From NCBI GenBank assembly GCA_946184215.1, contig CAMHER010000001.1, positions 1-34,624 on the forward strand: a stretch of 34,624 nucleotides of DNA, in the 5' to 3' direction. Shown piece after piece: positions 1 through 10,077 of this stretch; within the stretch, counting starts at the first letter, position 1; each line of letters begins with the position of its first letter. Source of the DNA: an uncultured Clostridia bacterium. Its GTDB lineage: Bacteria > Bacillota > Clostridia > Oscillospirales > Oscillospiraceae. Below the pieces are notes generated by a model. The model was not told where the DNA came from. It was given only the letters and a program-made list of their open reading frames with translations, and ran no database searches. Both the position numbers and the translations under genes were made by a program.

Positions 1-441
1 CTCATCGGCCTGAGCACCGCGGAGGAGCTCAAGCGCAGCATCGGCTGCGTGATCCAGCGCCCGGACATCAGCTTTGAGGAGATCAAAGGCCGGGACCTCT
101 CCAACGGTCTGCCGAAGACCGTTTCCGTTACCTCCACCGATCTGATCGACGCCTTCGTCGAGCCGATGAACCGTATCCTCGAAGCGGTGCATAACGTGCT
201 GGAGCGCACGCCGCCTCAGCTTGTCGGCGACCTTGATCGGAACGGCATTGTCCTCTCGGGCGGCGGAAGCCTGATTTACGGTATCGACAGACTCATCGAA
301 CGCAGCACGGGTATCCGCACGATCGTTGTGGACGATCCCGTTTCCTGCGCGGCATACGGCGCAGGAAAAATGCTCAAGCATCTGGAGGATATGCAGGACG
401 GCATGATGAATTTCTACCGCAAACGGCAGCTGAAAGGCTGA
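1..441 (+). CDS. mreB: Rod shape-determining protein MreB/Mbl, C-terminal part (5' end outside window)
   Basis: Frame 1 is open from base 1. The translation LIGLSTAEELKRSIG...NGIVLSGGGSLIYGIDRLIERSTGIRTIVVDDPVSCAAYGAGK matches the C-terminal half of actin-fold MreB. Confidence 0.85.
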   Translation, partial: LIGLSTAEELKRSIGCVIQRPDISFEEIKGRDLSNGLPKTVSVTSTDLIDAFVEPMNRILEAVHNVLERTPPQLVGDLDRNGIVLSGGGSLIYGIDRLIERSTGIRTIVVDDPVSCAAYGAGKMLKHLEDMQDGMMNFYRKRQLKG

Positions 442-461
442 GAAAAAAGGAGCAAACGTCC

Positions 462-1187
462 ATGAGCTTTTCCGACCTTTTCAAAAAAAACGTTTCCCAT
501 CCTTCCTGCGCAGCCGTGATCGTGGCAGCAGGCAGCTCCGTACGGATGGGAAGCGACAAACTCCTTGCTGAGCTGGGCGGCGTCCCGGTGCTTGCGAGGA
601 CGCTTCAGGCATTTGAACGCTCTGAATACGTCGGCGAGATCGTCGTTGTCACGCGGATGGATAAGGTCCCGACGATAGCCGATCTCTGTGCGGAATACAA
701 GATTTCAAAGGTTTCCAAGGTCGTTGCCGGCGGAAAGACAAGAATGGAATCGTCTTTGATCGGTGTTTCCGCTGTGAAGGGAAGCGCCAAGCTGATCGCG
801 ATCCACGATGCGGCCCGCCCGCTTGTCAGCGAAGCTGTCATTAAACGCACAGTGTGTGCGGCCGCAGAATATATGGCCGCCGTCCCTGTCATTGCCAGTA
901 CGGATACATTAAAGGTCGTCGATGATGCCGACAGAATTGTCGGAACAATTGATCGCTCAACAACGTACCGTGTTCAGACACCGCAGGTTTTTGACGCTGT
1001 TCTCATCAAGGGCGCGCTGACAAAAGCATCTGAAAAGGGCCTTGTCCTTACAGATGACAGCGCAGCGGTCGATATGACAGGGTTCAAAACATACGCTGTT
1101 GCCGGAGAAGAGGATAACATCAAAATTACAACTCCGCGCGATCTTGTTATTGCGGAAGCTCTCCTGAAGAGCAGGAGCGACTTATGA
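462..1187 (+). CDS. ispD: 2-C-methyl-D-erythritol 4-phosphate cytidylyltransferase
   Basis: N-terminal [18 protein letters not shown] cytidylyltransferase motif, about 240 aa, RBS AAAAGGAG upstream. Its stop overlaps the ispF start (ATGA). Confidence 0.9.
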   Translation: MSFSDLFKKNVSHPSCAAVIVAAGSSVRMGSDKLLAELGGVPVLARTLQAFERSEYVGEIVVVTRMDKVPTIADLCAEYKISKVSKVVAGGKTRMESSLIGVSAVKGSAKLIAIHDAARPLVSEAVIKRTVCAAAEYMAAVPVIASTDTLKVVDDADRIVGTIDRSTTYRVQTPQVFDAVLIKGALTKASEKGLVLTDDSAAVDMTGFKTYAVAGEEDNIKITTPRDLVIAEALLKSRSDL

Positions 1188-1657
1188 GAATCGGACACGG
1201 ATATGATGTTCACCGCCTTGTTGAGGGGCGAAAACTGATCCTCGGCGGGGTCGAAATCCCCTGGGAGAAAGGTCTTCTGGGTCATTCCGATGCGGATGTG
1301 CTTCTCCACGCGCTGATGGATGCCATGCTGGGCGCAGCTGCGCTGGGGGATATCGGTCAACATTTCCCGGACAAGGACGAACGCTATTGCGGAGCAGACA
1401 GCATGCTGCTTCTCCGCGAGGTAAAAAAAATGCTGGACGAAGCGGGGTATCGCCTTGTTAATGCGGACTGTACGGTGTTGGCACAGCGCCCCAAACTGAT
1501 GCCGTATATCCCGCAGATGCGAACTAACATTGCCTCTGCTCTGGACACAGAGCCGGACCGGATCAGCGTCAAGGCTACAACGGAAGAGGGCCTTGGCTTT
1601 ACTGGTGACGGCTCCGGTATTGCGGCACACGCTCTCGTCCTGATCGAGAAGAAATAA
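1184..1657 (+). CDS. ispF: 2-C-methyl-D-erythritol 2,4-cyclodiphosphate synthase
   Basis: [12 protein letters not shown]...[12 protein letters not shown]...GDIGQHFPD are the hallmark IspF zinc and substrate motifs; 157 aa. Confidence 0.95.
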   Translation: MRIGHGYDVHRLVEGRKLILGGVEIPWEKGLLGHSDADVLLHALMDAMLGAAALGDIGQHFPDKDERYCGADSMLLLREVKKMLDEAGYRLVNADCTVLAQRPKLMPYIPQMRTNIASALDTEPDRISVKATTEEGLGFTGDGSGIAAHALVLIEKK

Positions 1658-1716
1658 TCACCCATTTGCCCAGGTGCATAGAATGTGATGTACCTTGCGG
1701 TATAATGAAATTGCAA

Positions 1717-1750
1717 GCAGAGCATGGTACAGCCATGCTCTGCTTTATTA
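1717..1750 (+). terminator. Intrinsic terminator after ispF
   Basis: Perfect 11-bp stem GCAGAGCATGG / CCATGCTCTGC (1717-1727 and 1733-1743) with loop TACAG, followed by TTTATTA. Confidence 0.65.
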
Positions 1751-1762
1751 CGGGGTGATCGG

Positions 1763-2014
1763 GTGAAACAGTATTTGATTATGTGTCGATCGGTTACGAG
1801 TGCACAACGCTGTTCCAAAGTTCTTGAGCGCGCAATGATTCGTTCGACTGTTATAAAAGCTCCGCGGGAACTGAGCGCGAACGGTTGCGCCTATGCGCTG
1901 AGATTGCCCTCCAAGCTGGAGGAAGCGGTATCGCTTCTCAGACGAACCGGGCTGCAGATCGGAAGACTCTTTGTGTTGGAGTCTGACGGTGGCTATGAGG
2001 AGGTTTTCATTTGA
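1763..2014 (+). CDS. DUF3343-family small protein (putative S/Se carrier-like)
   Basis: The KQYLIMCRSVTSAQRCSKVLERAMI...APRELSANGCAYALRL pattern matches DUF3343 as I recall it. A GTG start at 1763 has a GGGGTGA RBS and keeps the first beta-strand; ATG 1781 is an alternative. The stop overlaps the next gene's start (TTGA). Confidence 0.65.
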   Translation: MKQYLIMCRSVTSAQRCSKVLERAMIRSTVIKAPRELSANGCAYALRLPSKLEEAVSLLRRTGLQIGRLFVLESDGGYEEVFI

Positions 2015-3120
2015 TTTACCTTGACAGTGCCGCGACCTCTTTTCAAAAACCGCAAGCAGTTCTCAAAGCTGCCGAAAAAGCACTAAAAACAGCTTCCAGC
2101 CCGGGACGCGGAGCATACCCGGCTGCCATGCGGGCTTCCGCTTTCATGCTTGAGGCACGGGAAACGGCAGCTTCGCTCTTTCGTTTTCCAGATCCGGAGC
2201 GTGTGGTCCTGACTATGAACGCGACCCACGCACTGAATATGGCGATTCAGGCATTGGCAGAAGAAGGGTGTAGGGCCGTCGTCTCAGGCTTCGAGCATAA
2301 TGCGGTCATACGACCGCTTCATGCATGCAAAGCGCAAATACGCGTGGCAGGCAAAAGACTGTTTGACGATGATGGGCTCCTCGACGATTTCGCCAAAGCA
2401 CTTCCCGGCGCGAAGCTCGCTGTCTGCACGCATGTATCCAACGCTTTCGGATATGTTCTTCCAATACGGGAGATTTCCGCCCTGTGCGAGAGAAACGGAG
2501 TGCCGCTGATTCTGGATGCATCGCAAAGTGCCGGGGTTCTCGATTTGGATTGCTCAGATCTGAATGCCGCATTTGTGGCGATGCCGGGGCATAAGTCTCT
2601 GCTTGGAATTCCGGGAAGCGGCCTCCTGCTCTGTTCCGCTGAGACCAAACCGCTGCTCTTCGGCGGCTCTGGTACTGACAGCATTGCCCGGGAAATGCCC
2701 CCCTATTTACCTGACCGCCTTGAGGCTGGAACGCAAAATGCGCCTGCTGCAGCTGCGCTTGCAGCGGGAATTCGATTTATTACGGCATACGGACGGGAAA
2801 AAATCGAAATCCATGAAAAACAGCTATGCCGTCATATGACCGAGCTTTTGGCAAAAAGAAGAGAGATCGAGGTTTTTGCCTCTTCTGAACAGAATCAAAG
2901 CGGAGTGCTGTCTTTTCGCGTGCATGGGCACAGCTGTGAAGAGATAGCGGAGAGACTCGGCGGGCAGGGAATCTGTGTCCGCAGCGGGCTGCACTGCGCT
3001 CCGCTTGCACATGAGAGCGCCGGTACACTAGAAAGCGGGACGGTGCGCATGAGCTTTTCTCCCTTCAACACACATGCGGAAATCGAGAAAAGTGCCGCAG
3101 AGTTAATAAAAATTATATAA
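2011..3120 (+). CDS. Class V aminotransferase / cysteine desulfurase-family protein
   Basis: N-terminus IYLDSAATSFQKP, PLP-lysine motif PGHKSLLG, C-terminal RSGLHCAP active-site cysteine loop. TTG start with GAGGAGG RBS. Confidence 0.85.
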   Translation: MIYLDSAATSFQKPQAVLKAAEKALKTASSPGRGAYPAAMRASAFMLEARETAASLFRFPDPERVVLTMNATHALNMAIQALAEEGCRAVVSGFEHNAVIRPLHACKAQIRVAGKRLFDDDGLLDDFAKALPGAKLAVCTHVSNAFGYVLPIREISALCERNGVPLILDASQSAGVLDLDCSDLNAAFVAMPGHKSLLGIPGSGLLLCSAETKPLLFGGSGTDSIAREMPPYLPDRLEAGTQNAPAAAALAAGIRFITAYGREKIEIHEKQLCRHMTELLAKRREIEVFASSEQNQSGVLSFRVHGHSCEEIAERLGGQGICVRSGLHCAPLAHESAGTLESGTVRMSFSPFNTHAEIEKSAAELIKII

Positions 3121-3138
3121 ATAAACAACGCTTTCCAT

Positions 3139-3167
3139 TTGCCTTTTCGCGCGGCATGATATATAAT
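3139..3167 (+). promoter_or_regulatory. Sigma-A type promoter upstream of cdaA
   Basis: TTGCCT (3139-3144), 17-bp spacer, TATAAT (3162-3167). Confidence 0.5.
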
Positions 3168-3195
3168 AAAGTGATATAAAAGGCAAAGTGTAAAC

Positions 3196-4101
3196 ATGAC
3201 AGATGAGGATGCTTTTATGGAAGCAATAAGAACCGCGCTTGAACGATCCCTTAATCTGCTGACAACCATGGGGCTTGCCGACATTGTCGACATTCTTCTC
3301 GTTGCTTACCTGATCTATAAGGCGATATGGTTTGTGCGCAGAACAAATTCCTATAATTTGGCAAAGGGTATTTTGGTCTTCATGATCGTAATGCTGCTTG
3401 CAAATCTTTTCGGGCTGAAGATGATCAGCTTTGCGCTGCAAAAAGCAGCGGAACTTGGCTTGATTGCTCTTGTCATTCTGTTCCAGCCGGAACTTCGCAG
3501 GCTGCTTGAACGAATGGGAAGCAGCTTTATGACATCCCGCGGCGAGATTGGAACAGAGATCGATTCAGCCATTGCACACACAGTCCTGGCCTGCACAGAA
3601 ATGTCTGCATCAAGAACAGGAGCTCTGATCATTTTTGAGCGCAATGTCAAGCTTAACGAGATTATGAGCACCGGGACGATCATCAATGCCGATACCAATG
3701 CGGAATTGATCAAAAACATCTTCTTCAACAAAGCCCCGCTTCATGACGGAGCGCTGGTGATCCGCGACGGACGCCTCGCAGCTGCCGGCTGTGTACTTCC
3801 GCTGACCAAAAGCACAAACCTGAGCAAAGAGCTTGGAATGCGGCATCGCGCAGGCATCGGCCTGAGCGAGCAGTCCGACGCTGTTGTCGTGATCGTTTCG
3901 GAAGAGACCGGCGCTATTTCCGTTGCAATCGACGGCATGCTCAAGCGCCATCTGACAGCAACGACTTTTGAAAGACTGCTTCGCTCAGAATTGATCGTGG
4001 AAGAAGCGGATAAAAAACCGCACGGTTTTTTACAGACGTTGAAAAAGCTCTTTAAGGTAAAAGCCGATGAAAAAGACGAGCATTATGAGAAAACTGTATA
4101 A
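3196..4101 (+). CDS. cdaA: Diadenylate cyclase CdaA (c-di-AMP synthase)
   Basis: N-terminal TM helices, then a DAC domain with TGALIIFER...APLHDGALVIRD...HRAGIGLSEQSDAVVVIVSEETGAISVA. An alternative start at ATG 3217 has a better GAGGA RBS. Confidence 0.9.
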   Translation: MTDEDAFMEAIRTALERSLNLLTTMGLADIVDILLVAYLIYKAIWFVRRTNSYNLAKGILVFMIVMLLANLFGLKMISFALQKAAELGLIALVILFQPELRRLLERMGSSFMTSRGEIGTEIDSAIAHTVLACTEMSASRTGALIIFERNVKLNEIMSTGTIINADTNAELIKNIFFNKAPLHDGALVIRDGRLAAAGCVLPLTKSTNLSKELGMRHRAGIGLSEQSDAVVVIVSEETGAISVAIDGMLKRHLTATTFERLLRSELIVEEADKKPHGFLQTLKKLFKVKADEKDEHYEKTV

Positions 4102-5332
4102 CAGCAGGGCGTTCTGGCTGATCATTGCGCTGCTTGCTTCGCTGTCACTCTGGATCTATGTTATCAGCCAGGAAACAGAGGAGTACAAGCAGACATTCCG
4201 CGGCGTAAAGGTCGAGCTTGTCGGAGAGGATATCCTCTTAAACTCCCGCAACATGGTCGTGACCGACTTGAGCACGAGTACGGTTACAGTCGAGATCTCC
4301 GGCCCGAGAAGGATCGTCGGATCCTGGAGCTCGGATGATCTGGTTGCGCAAATCGATGTCAGCAAGCTGACGCAATCAGCCTTTACCTCTCTGCAATACA
4401 CGGTCAAGTTCCCTGACGGAACGGATACGAGCGGCGTGAAAACCGGCTTGAAAACACCCGAGACCGTCAATTTTATGGTGTCTGCGCAGACAAGCAAAGT
4501 CGTTCCTGTCGTCGGCAGCTTTGAAGGCCAGGTCGCAGACGGATTTACGGCAGAGACGCCTGAGTTTGATCCTGCGACCATCACGGTCTCCGGCCCGGAG
4601 ACATATCTGAAGCGTATTTCCCGCGCCTGGGTCTCTTTCGGATCGCAGGAGATCGACAGTACCTATTCTGTTGACACGGGTTATGTTCTGCTGGACGAAA
4701 ATGGGGAAGAATGTTCCACGACCGGGATCAGCTTTTCGACCGATACCATTAAGGCGACGCTGCGTGTTCTTGCCGTCAAGGAGGTGCCGCTTTCGATTGA
4801 TCTGATCGATGCAGCCGGTGCCAGCAGTGCCAACACGAAGGTCACGATCGAACCGGACTCCATTACACTTGCCGGAGACACGGCTATTCTTTCGGGAATG
4901 AACCGCATATCGCTGGCAACGATCGACTTGAGCGATTTTGAATCGACTTATTCCGACACTTATCTTGTCAAGTATGATGATGGACTGAAAAACATTTCCG
5001 GTACAACCGAAGCAAAGGTAACGGTGGAGATTATCGGCCTTGAGAGCAGACAGTATGCCGTTAAGCAGGAAAACATGTCCTGCATCAATGTGACAGACGG
5101 CTATAATGCGGAGGTCCTCTCTGAGGCGCTTGTTGTAAGACTTCGCGGCTCGCGGGAACAGCTGGAGGCAGTCAGAGGCGAGAATATCCGCGTTGTTGCG
5201 GATCTGAAGGATTACAATACCTCAGTCGGTCAATTTATGGTCCCCGCAAAAATAAGCGTTGACGGATTTACGGACGTCGGTCCGATCGGCGATTATACGA
5301 TTTCAATTGAAATCAGGAAGGCGGATGCATGA
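4067..5332 (+). CDS. cdaR: CdaA regulatory protein CdaR (YbbR-domain protein)
   Basis: N-terminal signal-anchor helix followed by repeated YbbR-like beta-rich modules. It lies immediately downstream of and overlapping cdaA, the canonical cdaA-cdaR arrangement. Confidence 0.8.
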   Translation: MKKTSIMRKLYNSRAFWLIIALLASLSLWIYVISQETEEYKQTFRGVKVELVGEDILLNSRNMVVTDLSTSTVTVEISGPRRIVGSWSSDDLVAQIDVSKLTQSAFTSLQYTVKFPDGTDTSGVKTGLKTPETVNFMVSAQTSKVVPVVGSFEGQVADGFTAETPEFDPATITVSGPETYLKRISRAWVSFGSQEIDSTYSVDTGYVLLDENGEECSTTGISFSTDTIKATLRVLAVKEVPLSIDLIDAAGASSANTKVTIEPDSITLAGDTAILSGMNRISLATIDLSDFESTYSDTYLVKYDDGLKNISGTTEAKVTVEIIGLESRQYAVKQENMSCINVTDGYNAEVLSEALVVRLRGSREQLEAVRGENIRVVADLKDYNTSVGQFMVPAKISVDGFTDVGPIGDYTISIEIRKADA

Positions 5333-5736
5333 CACAGGAAGGGATCGTAACCAAACTTCTTGCTAATGGTATGGCTGAAGTTGCTGTTACAAGAATGTCA
5401 GCCTGCGGAGGAAACTGCGGAAGCTGTGAAAGTTGCATGCTTCAAAACGAGGTTAAGGCAGTGGCAAATAACCTGGCAGATGCCAAGCCCGGTGAGAAAG
5501 TCTTGATCGAAAGCCGATCAGCTGCTGTGTTTGGGGCAGTGTTCCTTGTGTATGTCATGCCGCTGATCTGCTTTCTGATCGGCTATGGCGGCGCATATTT
5601 GGCCGGCCTGCAAGAGGGTCTTTGTATTCTGTGCAGTTTTATTGGACTGGCTGCCGGCGCGCTCCTGCTTGTGCTTTCACAAAAAGGGAAGCGAAAAACA
5701 CGGATCAGCTATGATATAACGCGTATCTTGCAATGA
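5329..5736 (+). CDS. RseC/MucC-family (SoxR-reducing system) membrane protein
   Basis: N-terminal cysteine cluster CGGNCGSCESC followed by two hydrophobic helices. ATGA overlap with the cdaR stop. Confidence 0.7.
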   Translation: MTQEGIVTKLLANGMAEVAVTRMSACGGNCGSCESCMLQNEVKAVANNLADAKPGEKVLIESRSAAVFGAVFLVYVMPLICFLIGYGGAYLAGLQEGLCILCSFIGLAAGALLLVLSQKGKRKTRISYDITRILQ

Positions 5737-5757
5737 TTTACCATTTTGGAGGACTGT

Positions 5758-6636
5758 ATGATTAAGAGTATGACAGGCTACGGCAGCGCGAAAGGTGCGG
5801 CGGAAGATCTGGAGATCACAGTCGAAGTCAAAAGTGTCAACAACCGATACCTTGACACATCCGTGCGTATGCCCCGAAGCTTTCTGTTTGCGGAGGACGC
5901 CGTAAAATCAGCGGTGCAAAGGCACATCAGCCGCGGAAAAGTGGATGTGTTTGTTTCGGTTGACGCTTCTGCAGCAGACAATATGACGGTCAAAATCAAC
6001 GAACCGCTCTTGCGGGGATATCTCGAAGCAATCCGGCATATTTCGGATAGCTATGATCTTGAGAACGATTTGACGGCTGTTTCCGTATCCCGTTTTCCGG
6101 ACATTCTGACCGTAGAAAAGAAGGATCTGGATGCCGATTCTATTTCCGCAGGCATTGCCGCTGTCGCAGAAAAAGCGCTGGATGATTTTGACGCGATGCG
6201 TCTGCGGGAGGGCGAGAAGCTTTGCTCGGACGTGCTGTCCCGACTTGAAACGATAGAAGCCCTTGTCAGCACGGTTGAAAGGGAAGCGCCTAAAACGGTT
6301 GAGGAGTATCGGAACCGCCTTCGTGAAAAAATGGCGGAGCTGCTTGGAGCTGCGGGAATAGATGAAAATCGCATTTTATCCGAGGCAGCTGTCTTTGCGG
6401 ATCATATAGCGGTCGATGAGGAAACCGTTCGCCTCAGAAGCCATATCTCTCAACTCCGCACGATGCTTTCCGGCCGTTCACCCATCGGCCGAAAGATCGA
6501 CTTTCTGATTCAGGAGTTCAATCGGGAAGCCAACACGATCGGGTCCAAATGTCAGAATTCAGATATTGCGCATGTCGTCGTGGATCTAAAGTCAGAGATT
6601 GAGAAGATTCGTGAACAGATCCAGAATATTGAATAA
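5758..6636 (+). CDS. yicC: YicC-family stress-induced protein/endoribonuclease
   Basis: MIKSMTGYG N-terminus and C-terminal EFNREANTIGSK motif typical of the YicC/DUF1732 family. GGAGGA RBS 4 nt upstream of ATG 5758. Confidence 0.9.
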   Translation: MIKSMTGYGSAKGAAEDLEITVEVKSVNNRYLDTSVRMPRSFLFAEDAVKSAVQRHISRGKVDVFVSVDASAADNMTVKINEPLLRGYLEAIRHISDSYDLENDLTAVSVSRFPDILTVEKKDLDADSISAGIAAVAEKALDDFDAMRLREGEKLCSDVLSRLETIEALVSTVEREAPKTVEEYRNRLREKMAELLGAAGIDENRILSEAAVFADHIAVDEETVRLRSHISQLRTMLSGRSPIGRKIDFLIQEFNREANTIGSKCQNSDIAHVVVDLKSEIEKIREQIQNIE

Positions 6637-6648
6637 GGCGGAGGCGCT

Positions 6649-6915
6649 ATGAAACTGATCAATATCGGTTTTGGAAACCTTGTTGCAGCAGAGCGTATCG
6701 TTTCCATTATCAGCCCGGAATCCGCGCCGATCAAACGCATGATTCAGGATACCCGGGAACGCGGCGGCCTGATCGACGCCTCTTTTGGCCGCAGCACACG
6801 CTCCGTGATTGTCACGGACAGCGGAAACTTGATTCTTTCCTCGTTGACGCCGGAGATTCTGGCGCAGCGGGCCCAGGAGATAAATAAAGAGGAAGCGGAA
6901 AATGGGAAATACTGA
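6649..6915 (+). CDS. remA: RemA/YlzA-family (DUF370) regulator
   Basis: [30 protein letters not shown]...RSVIVTDSG matches the RemA family. The yicC-remA-gmk-rpoZ order is conserved in Firmicutes. Confidence 0.9.
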   Translation: MKLINIGFGNLVAAERIVSIISPESAPIKRMIQDTRERGGLIDASFGRSTRSVIVTDSGNLILSSLTPEILAQRAQEINKEEAENGKY

Positions 6916-7507
6916 AAAGGGTAAGTTAATTGTTGTGTCCGGTCCTTCCGGCGCAGGAAAATCAACAGTTGTTTTTAAGGCAATCAACGGAAGAGAGGAC
7001 ATGTGTTTTTCCACTTCCGTTACTTCACGCAAGCCACGCCCGGGAGAAATTGACGGCAGAGAGTATTTCTTTATTGATCGTGAGCGCTTTGAGAAGATGG
7101 TGGAAAGTGACGAGCTTCTTGAGCATGCTGTCTATGTCGGAAATTATTACGGAACGCCCCGCAAATTTGTCGAGGACAAGCTCGACGCCGGGAACAGCGT
7201 ATTCCTGGATATTGAGGTTCAGGGAGCACGTCAGGTGAAAGAAAAGAAACCGGACGCCGTAATGGTTTTTCTGATCCCGCCGACACTTGACGAGTTAAGA
7301 AAACGTCTGGAAAAGCGCGGAACGGAAAGTGAAGAAACGATTTGCAACCGGCTTTCCCGTGCCCGCGAAGAATACGCAGAAGCCGATTTTTACGATTATA
7401 TCGTTGTCAATGACGACCCTGACATTGCAGCGGCAGAACTCAATGCGATCCTTTTGGCAGAAAAATGTCGTTTTTCCGCCCGTAAACACATGCTGGCGGA
7501 AGCCTGA
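6902..7507 (+). CDS. gmk: Guanylate kinase
   Basis: P-loop [28 protein letters not shown], and a YGT motif. Confidence 0.95.
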   Translation: MGNTEKGKLIVVSGPSGAGKSTVVFKAINGREDMCFSTSVTSRKPRPGEIDGREYFFIDRERFEKMVESDELLEHAVYVGNYYGTPRKFVEDKLDAGNSVFLDIEVQGARQVKEKKPDAVMVFLIPPTLDELRKRLEKRGTESEETICNRLSRAREEYAEADFYDYIVVNDDPDIAAAELNAILLAEKCRFSARKHMLAEA

Positions 7508-7555
7508 AACTACTAATAAAATTGCCGCTGGAGCGGCAGAATGGAGAATATCATT

Positions 7556-7747
7556 ATGATGCTTTATCCCCCCGTATCCGAACTTGTTGAAAAAATCGGC
7601 AGTCGTTATCAGCTCGTAAATCTTGTCGCGCGCCGCGCACGCGTAATCTCTTCCGAAGCCGAAGAAAAAGGAATTCCGCTTGAAAGGAAACCCGTTTCTT
7701 CTGCAATTGACGAGGTTTACACCGGAAAGCTTGCCATAAAAAAATAA
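7556..7747 (+). CDS. rpoZ: DNA-directed RNA polymerase subunit omega
   Basis: MLYPPVSELVEKIGSRYQLVNLVARRAR is the RpoZ signature. GGAGA RBS 8 nt before ATG 7556; the ORF track begins at 7541. Confidence 0.9.
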   Translation: MMLYPPVSELVEKIGSRYQLVNLVARRARVISSEAEEKGIPLERKPVSSAIDEVYTGKLAIKK

Positions 7748-7774
7748 GACGGAATAAAAAAGGGGGTTTGACAT

Positions 7775-10024
7775 ATGCCGCGTCGTGTCGCAAAAATTGC
7801 TGTTTCTGCCGCGACGTTCAGCATTGACAAACCCTATGATTACCTCGTCCCGGAGAATCTGGCCGAACAATTGCGGGTCGGAACACGGGTCGAGGTTCCT
7901 TTCGGCAAAGGAAACCGCAGCACAGAAGGCGTTGTGCTCGCCGTTCAAGAAGAAAGCGCGCTATCCTCTCTCAAGAGCATTCATCGTGTCCTTGATCGGG
8001 AGAATGTGATCGGGGAAGCACAGGTGAGGCTGGCCCTTTTTATGCGAGAACGCTTCTTCTGTACGGTGTATGAAGCCATACGGGCGATGCTCCCCGCAGG
8101 ACTATGGTTTGACCAGCAGGGAAAGCGAAAAGCAAACGATAAAACGGTAGAGTTCGCCACACTTCAGATCGGCAATGATGAGGCAGAGGCTTTGGTTGAG
8201 ACAAAACGGCTCAAAGCCCCCCAGCAGTCTGCGCTGCTTGAGCTGCTCTGCTGCTTCGGCTCCCTTCCGACACGGGATATGCTTTCGCATACCGGGGCAA
8301 GCCGCTCGTCCCTCAATGCGTTGGTCCGCACCGGGATCGTTTCCCTCTCTGAGCGCGAGGTTTATCGCCGTCCGGATATCCAAAGTGTCGAAAAAGCACA
8401 GCTTCCCGAATTAAACGATGATCAGGCCCGAGCTTATGACGGATTGAGAGAACTGGTGAGAAGCGCTGACGCCAAGGCTGCGCTGTTGTTCGGGGTGACG
8501 GGAAGCGGTAAAACAAGCGTCTATATTCGCCTGATTCACGATGTGCTTGCATCCGGCAGGAGCGCGATCCTTCTGGTACCGGAGATCGCACTTACGCCGC
8601 AGATGCTTGCAACATTTTCGGCACACTTCGGTGAACAGGTCGCCGTGCTTCACAGTTCGCTCTCCATCGGAGAACGCTATGATGAATGGAAGCGTATCAA
8701 GCGAGGGGAAGCCAGGCTTGTAATTGGAACACGAAGTGCCGTTTTTGCCCCGGTTTCAAATCTTGGTATTCTCATCATTGATGAGGAACAGGAGGAAACC
8801 TACAAATCCGAAAATACGCCGCGCTATGATGCGCGCGAAGTTGGCAAGTATCTCTGTGCCCGGTCGGGAGCACTTCTGCTGTTCGGATCAGCCACCCCGC
8901 AGATCGCCAGTATGTATGAAGCAAAACGCGGCCGATATGTTTATTTTGAGCTGAAAGAACGCTTTAATAAGCAAGAGCTTCCCACTGTCAGAATTGTTGA
9001 CATGAAGAGAGAACTTCGGCGCGGAAATGCCGGCGACATCAGCTCGTTTCTTCGCCAGGAGCTTCAGTGCAACATTGACAGGGGAGAGCAAAGCATTCTT
9101 TTCCTCAACAGACGAGGGACAAACAAACTTGTCAGCTGCGGAGAGTGCGGTTTTACCTACCGATGTCCCAAGTGCAGCGTTTCATTGACTTACCATAGCG
9201 CACGCAAGCGCCTGATGTGCCATTACTGTGGCTTTTCCTGCCGAGTTGACAGCGTCTGTCCTTCCTGCGGCGGGGAGCTGAAATATCTCGGCAGCGGTAC
9301 ACAGCATGTGGAAGAGGAGCTGCGAGAGCTTTTTCCAGGAACGGAGATCCTCAGAATGGATACGGATACAGTTGCGCCGGTAGGTTCTCACGAGAAGTTG
9401 TTTGATGCGTTCCGAGAAGACAATATCCCCATTATGATCGGCACACAGATGGTCACCAAGGGGCTGAATTTTGAAAATGTCACACTTGTGGGAGTCCTCT
9501 GCGCCGATCAAAGCTTATATTCAGGCGATTACCGAGCCGGGGAGAGAACCTTCTCCCTGATTACTCAGGTAGTTGGACGAAGCGGTCGCGGAAAGAAACA
9601 AGGTCGGGCCGTTATTCAGACCTTTACGCCGGCAAATCAGACGATCCTCCAGGCCGCAAAGCAGGATTATGAGGACTTTTATTCCTCTGAGATCGAACTG
9701 CGCCGTCTTCAGAATGCACCGCCTGTCGTAGATCGATATACCATCACAGCTTCAGGCCAAACGGAAGAACAGGTGGAGTGGGCGGCCCGCTACCTGTTTG
9801 ACCTCCTTAGTCTCTCGGCGAGAGAGATCGGTAATACAACGGTGTTGGGACCTGCTCCGCTTTCCGTTTATCGGGTGAACAATCGTTATCGCTATCGGGT
9901 CAGTATGCTTGGCAGCCAGAGTGATGCAATCCGGCGCTCTATTTCAGCCGCGCTGATCGAATGCAGCGGAGATAAGCGGTTTCGGGGCGTAAATATGTTT
10001 GCCGATCACGACCCGGGAGATTGA
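7775..10024 (+). CDS. priA: Primosomal protein N' (replication restart helicase PriA)
   Basis: Walker A GVTGSGKT, DEEQE box, and the Cys4-Cys4 zinc region CGECGFTYRCPKCSVSLTYH...CHYCG...CPSCG; 749 aa. Confidence 0.95.
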   Translation: MPRRVAKIAVSAATFSIDKPYDYLVPENLAEQLRVGTRVEVPFGKGNRSTEGVVLAVQEESALSSLKSIHRVLDRENVIGEAQVRLALFMRERFFCTVYEAIRAMLPAGLWFDQQGKRKANDKTVEFATLQIGNDEAEALVETKRLKAPQQSALLELLCCFGSLPTRDMLSHTGASRSSLNALVRTGIVSLSEREVYRRPDIQSVEKAQLPELNDDQARAYDGLRELVRSADAKAALLFGVTGSGKTSVYIRLIHDVLASGRSAILLVPEIALTPQMLATFSAHFGEQVAVLHSSLSIGERYDEWKRIKRGEARLVIGTRSAVFAPVSNLGILIIDEEQEETYKSENTPRYDAREVGKYLCARSGALLLFGSATPQIASMYEAKRGRYVYFELKERFNKQELPTVRIVDMKRELRRGNAGDISSFLRQELQCNIDRGEQSILFLNRRGTNKLVSCGECGFTYRCPKCSVSLTYHSARKRLMCHYCGFSCRVDSVCPSCGGELKYLGSGTQHVEEELRELFPGTEILRMDTDTVAPVGSHEKLFDAFREDNIPIMIGTQMVTKGLNFENVTLVGVLCADQSLYSGDYRAGERTFSLITQVVGRSGRGKKQGRAVIQTFTPANQTILQAAKQDYEDFYSSEIELRRLQNAPPVVDRYTITASGQTEEQVEWAARYLFDLLSLSAREIGNTTVLGPAPLSVYRVNNRYRYRVSMLGSQSDAIRRSISAALIECSGDKRFRGVNMFADHDPGD

Positions 10025-10077
10025 CAGAAAAAATGCATCGCAGCGATCGAAGGATCCTGTGCTGATGAGGAGAAAAA

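Noticed and set aside
1696-1706. A perfect TATAAT box at 1701-1706, just upstream of the ispF terminator hairpin
   Set aside because: There is no acceptable -35 at 16-18 bp (TTGCCC is 29 bp away) and no TGn extension. A transcript from here would begin at the terminator stem. It is probably fortuitous.
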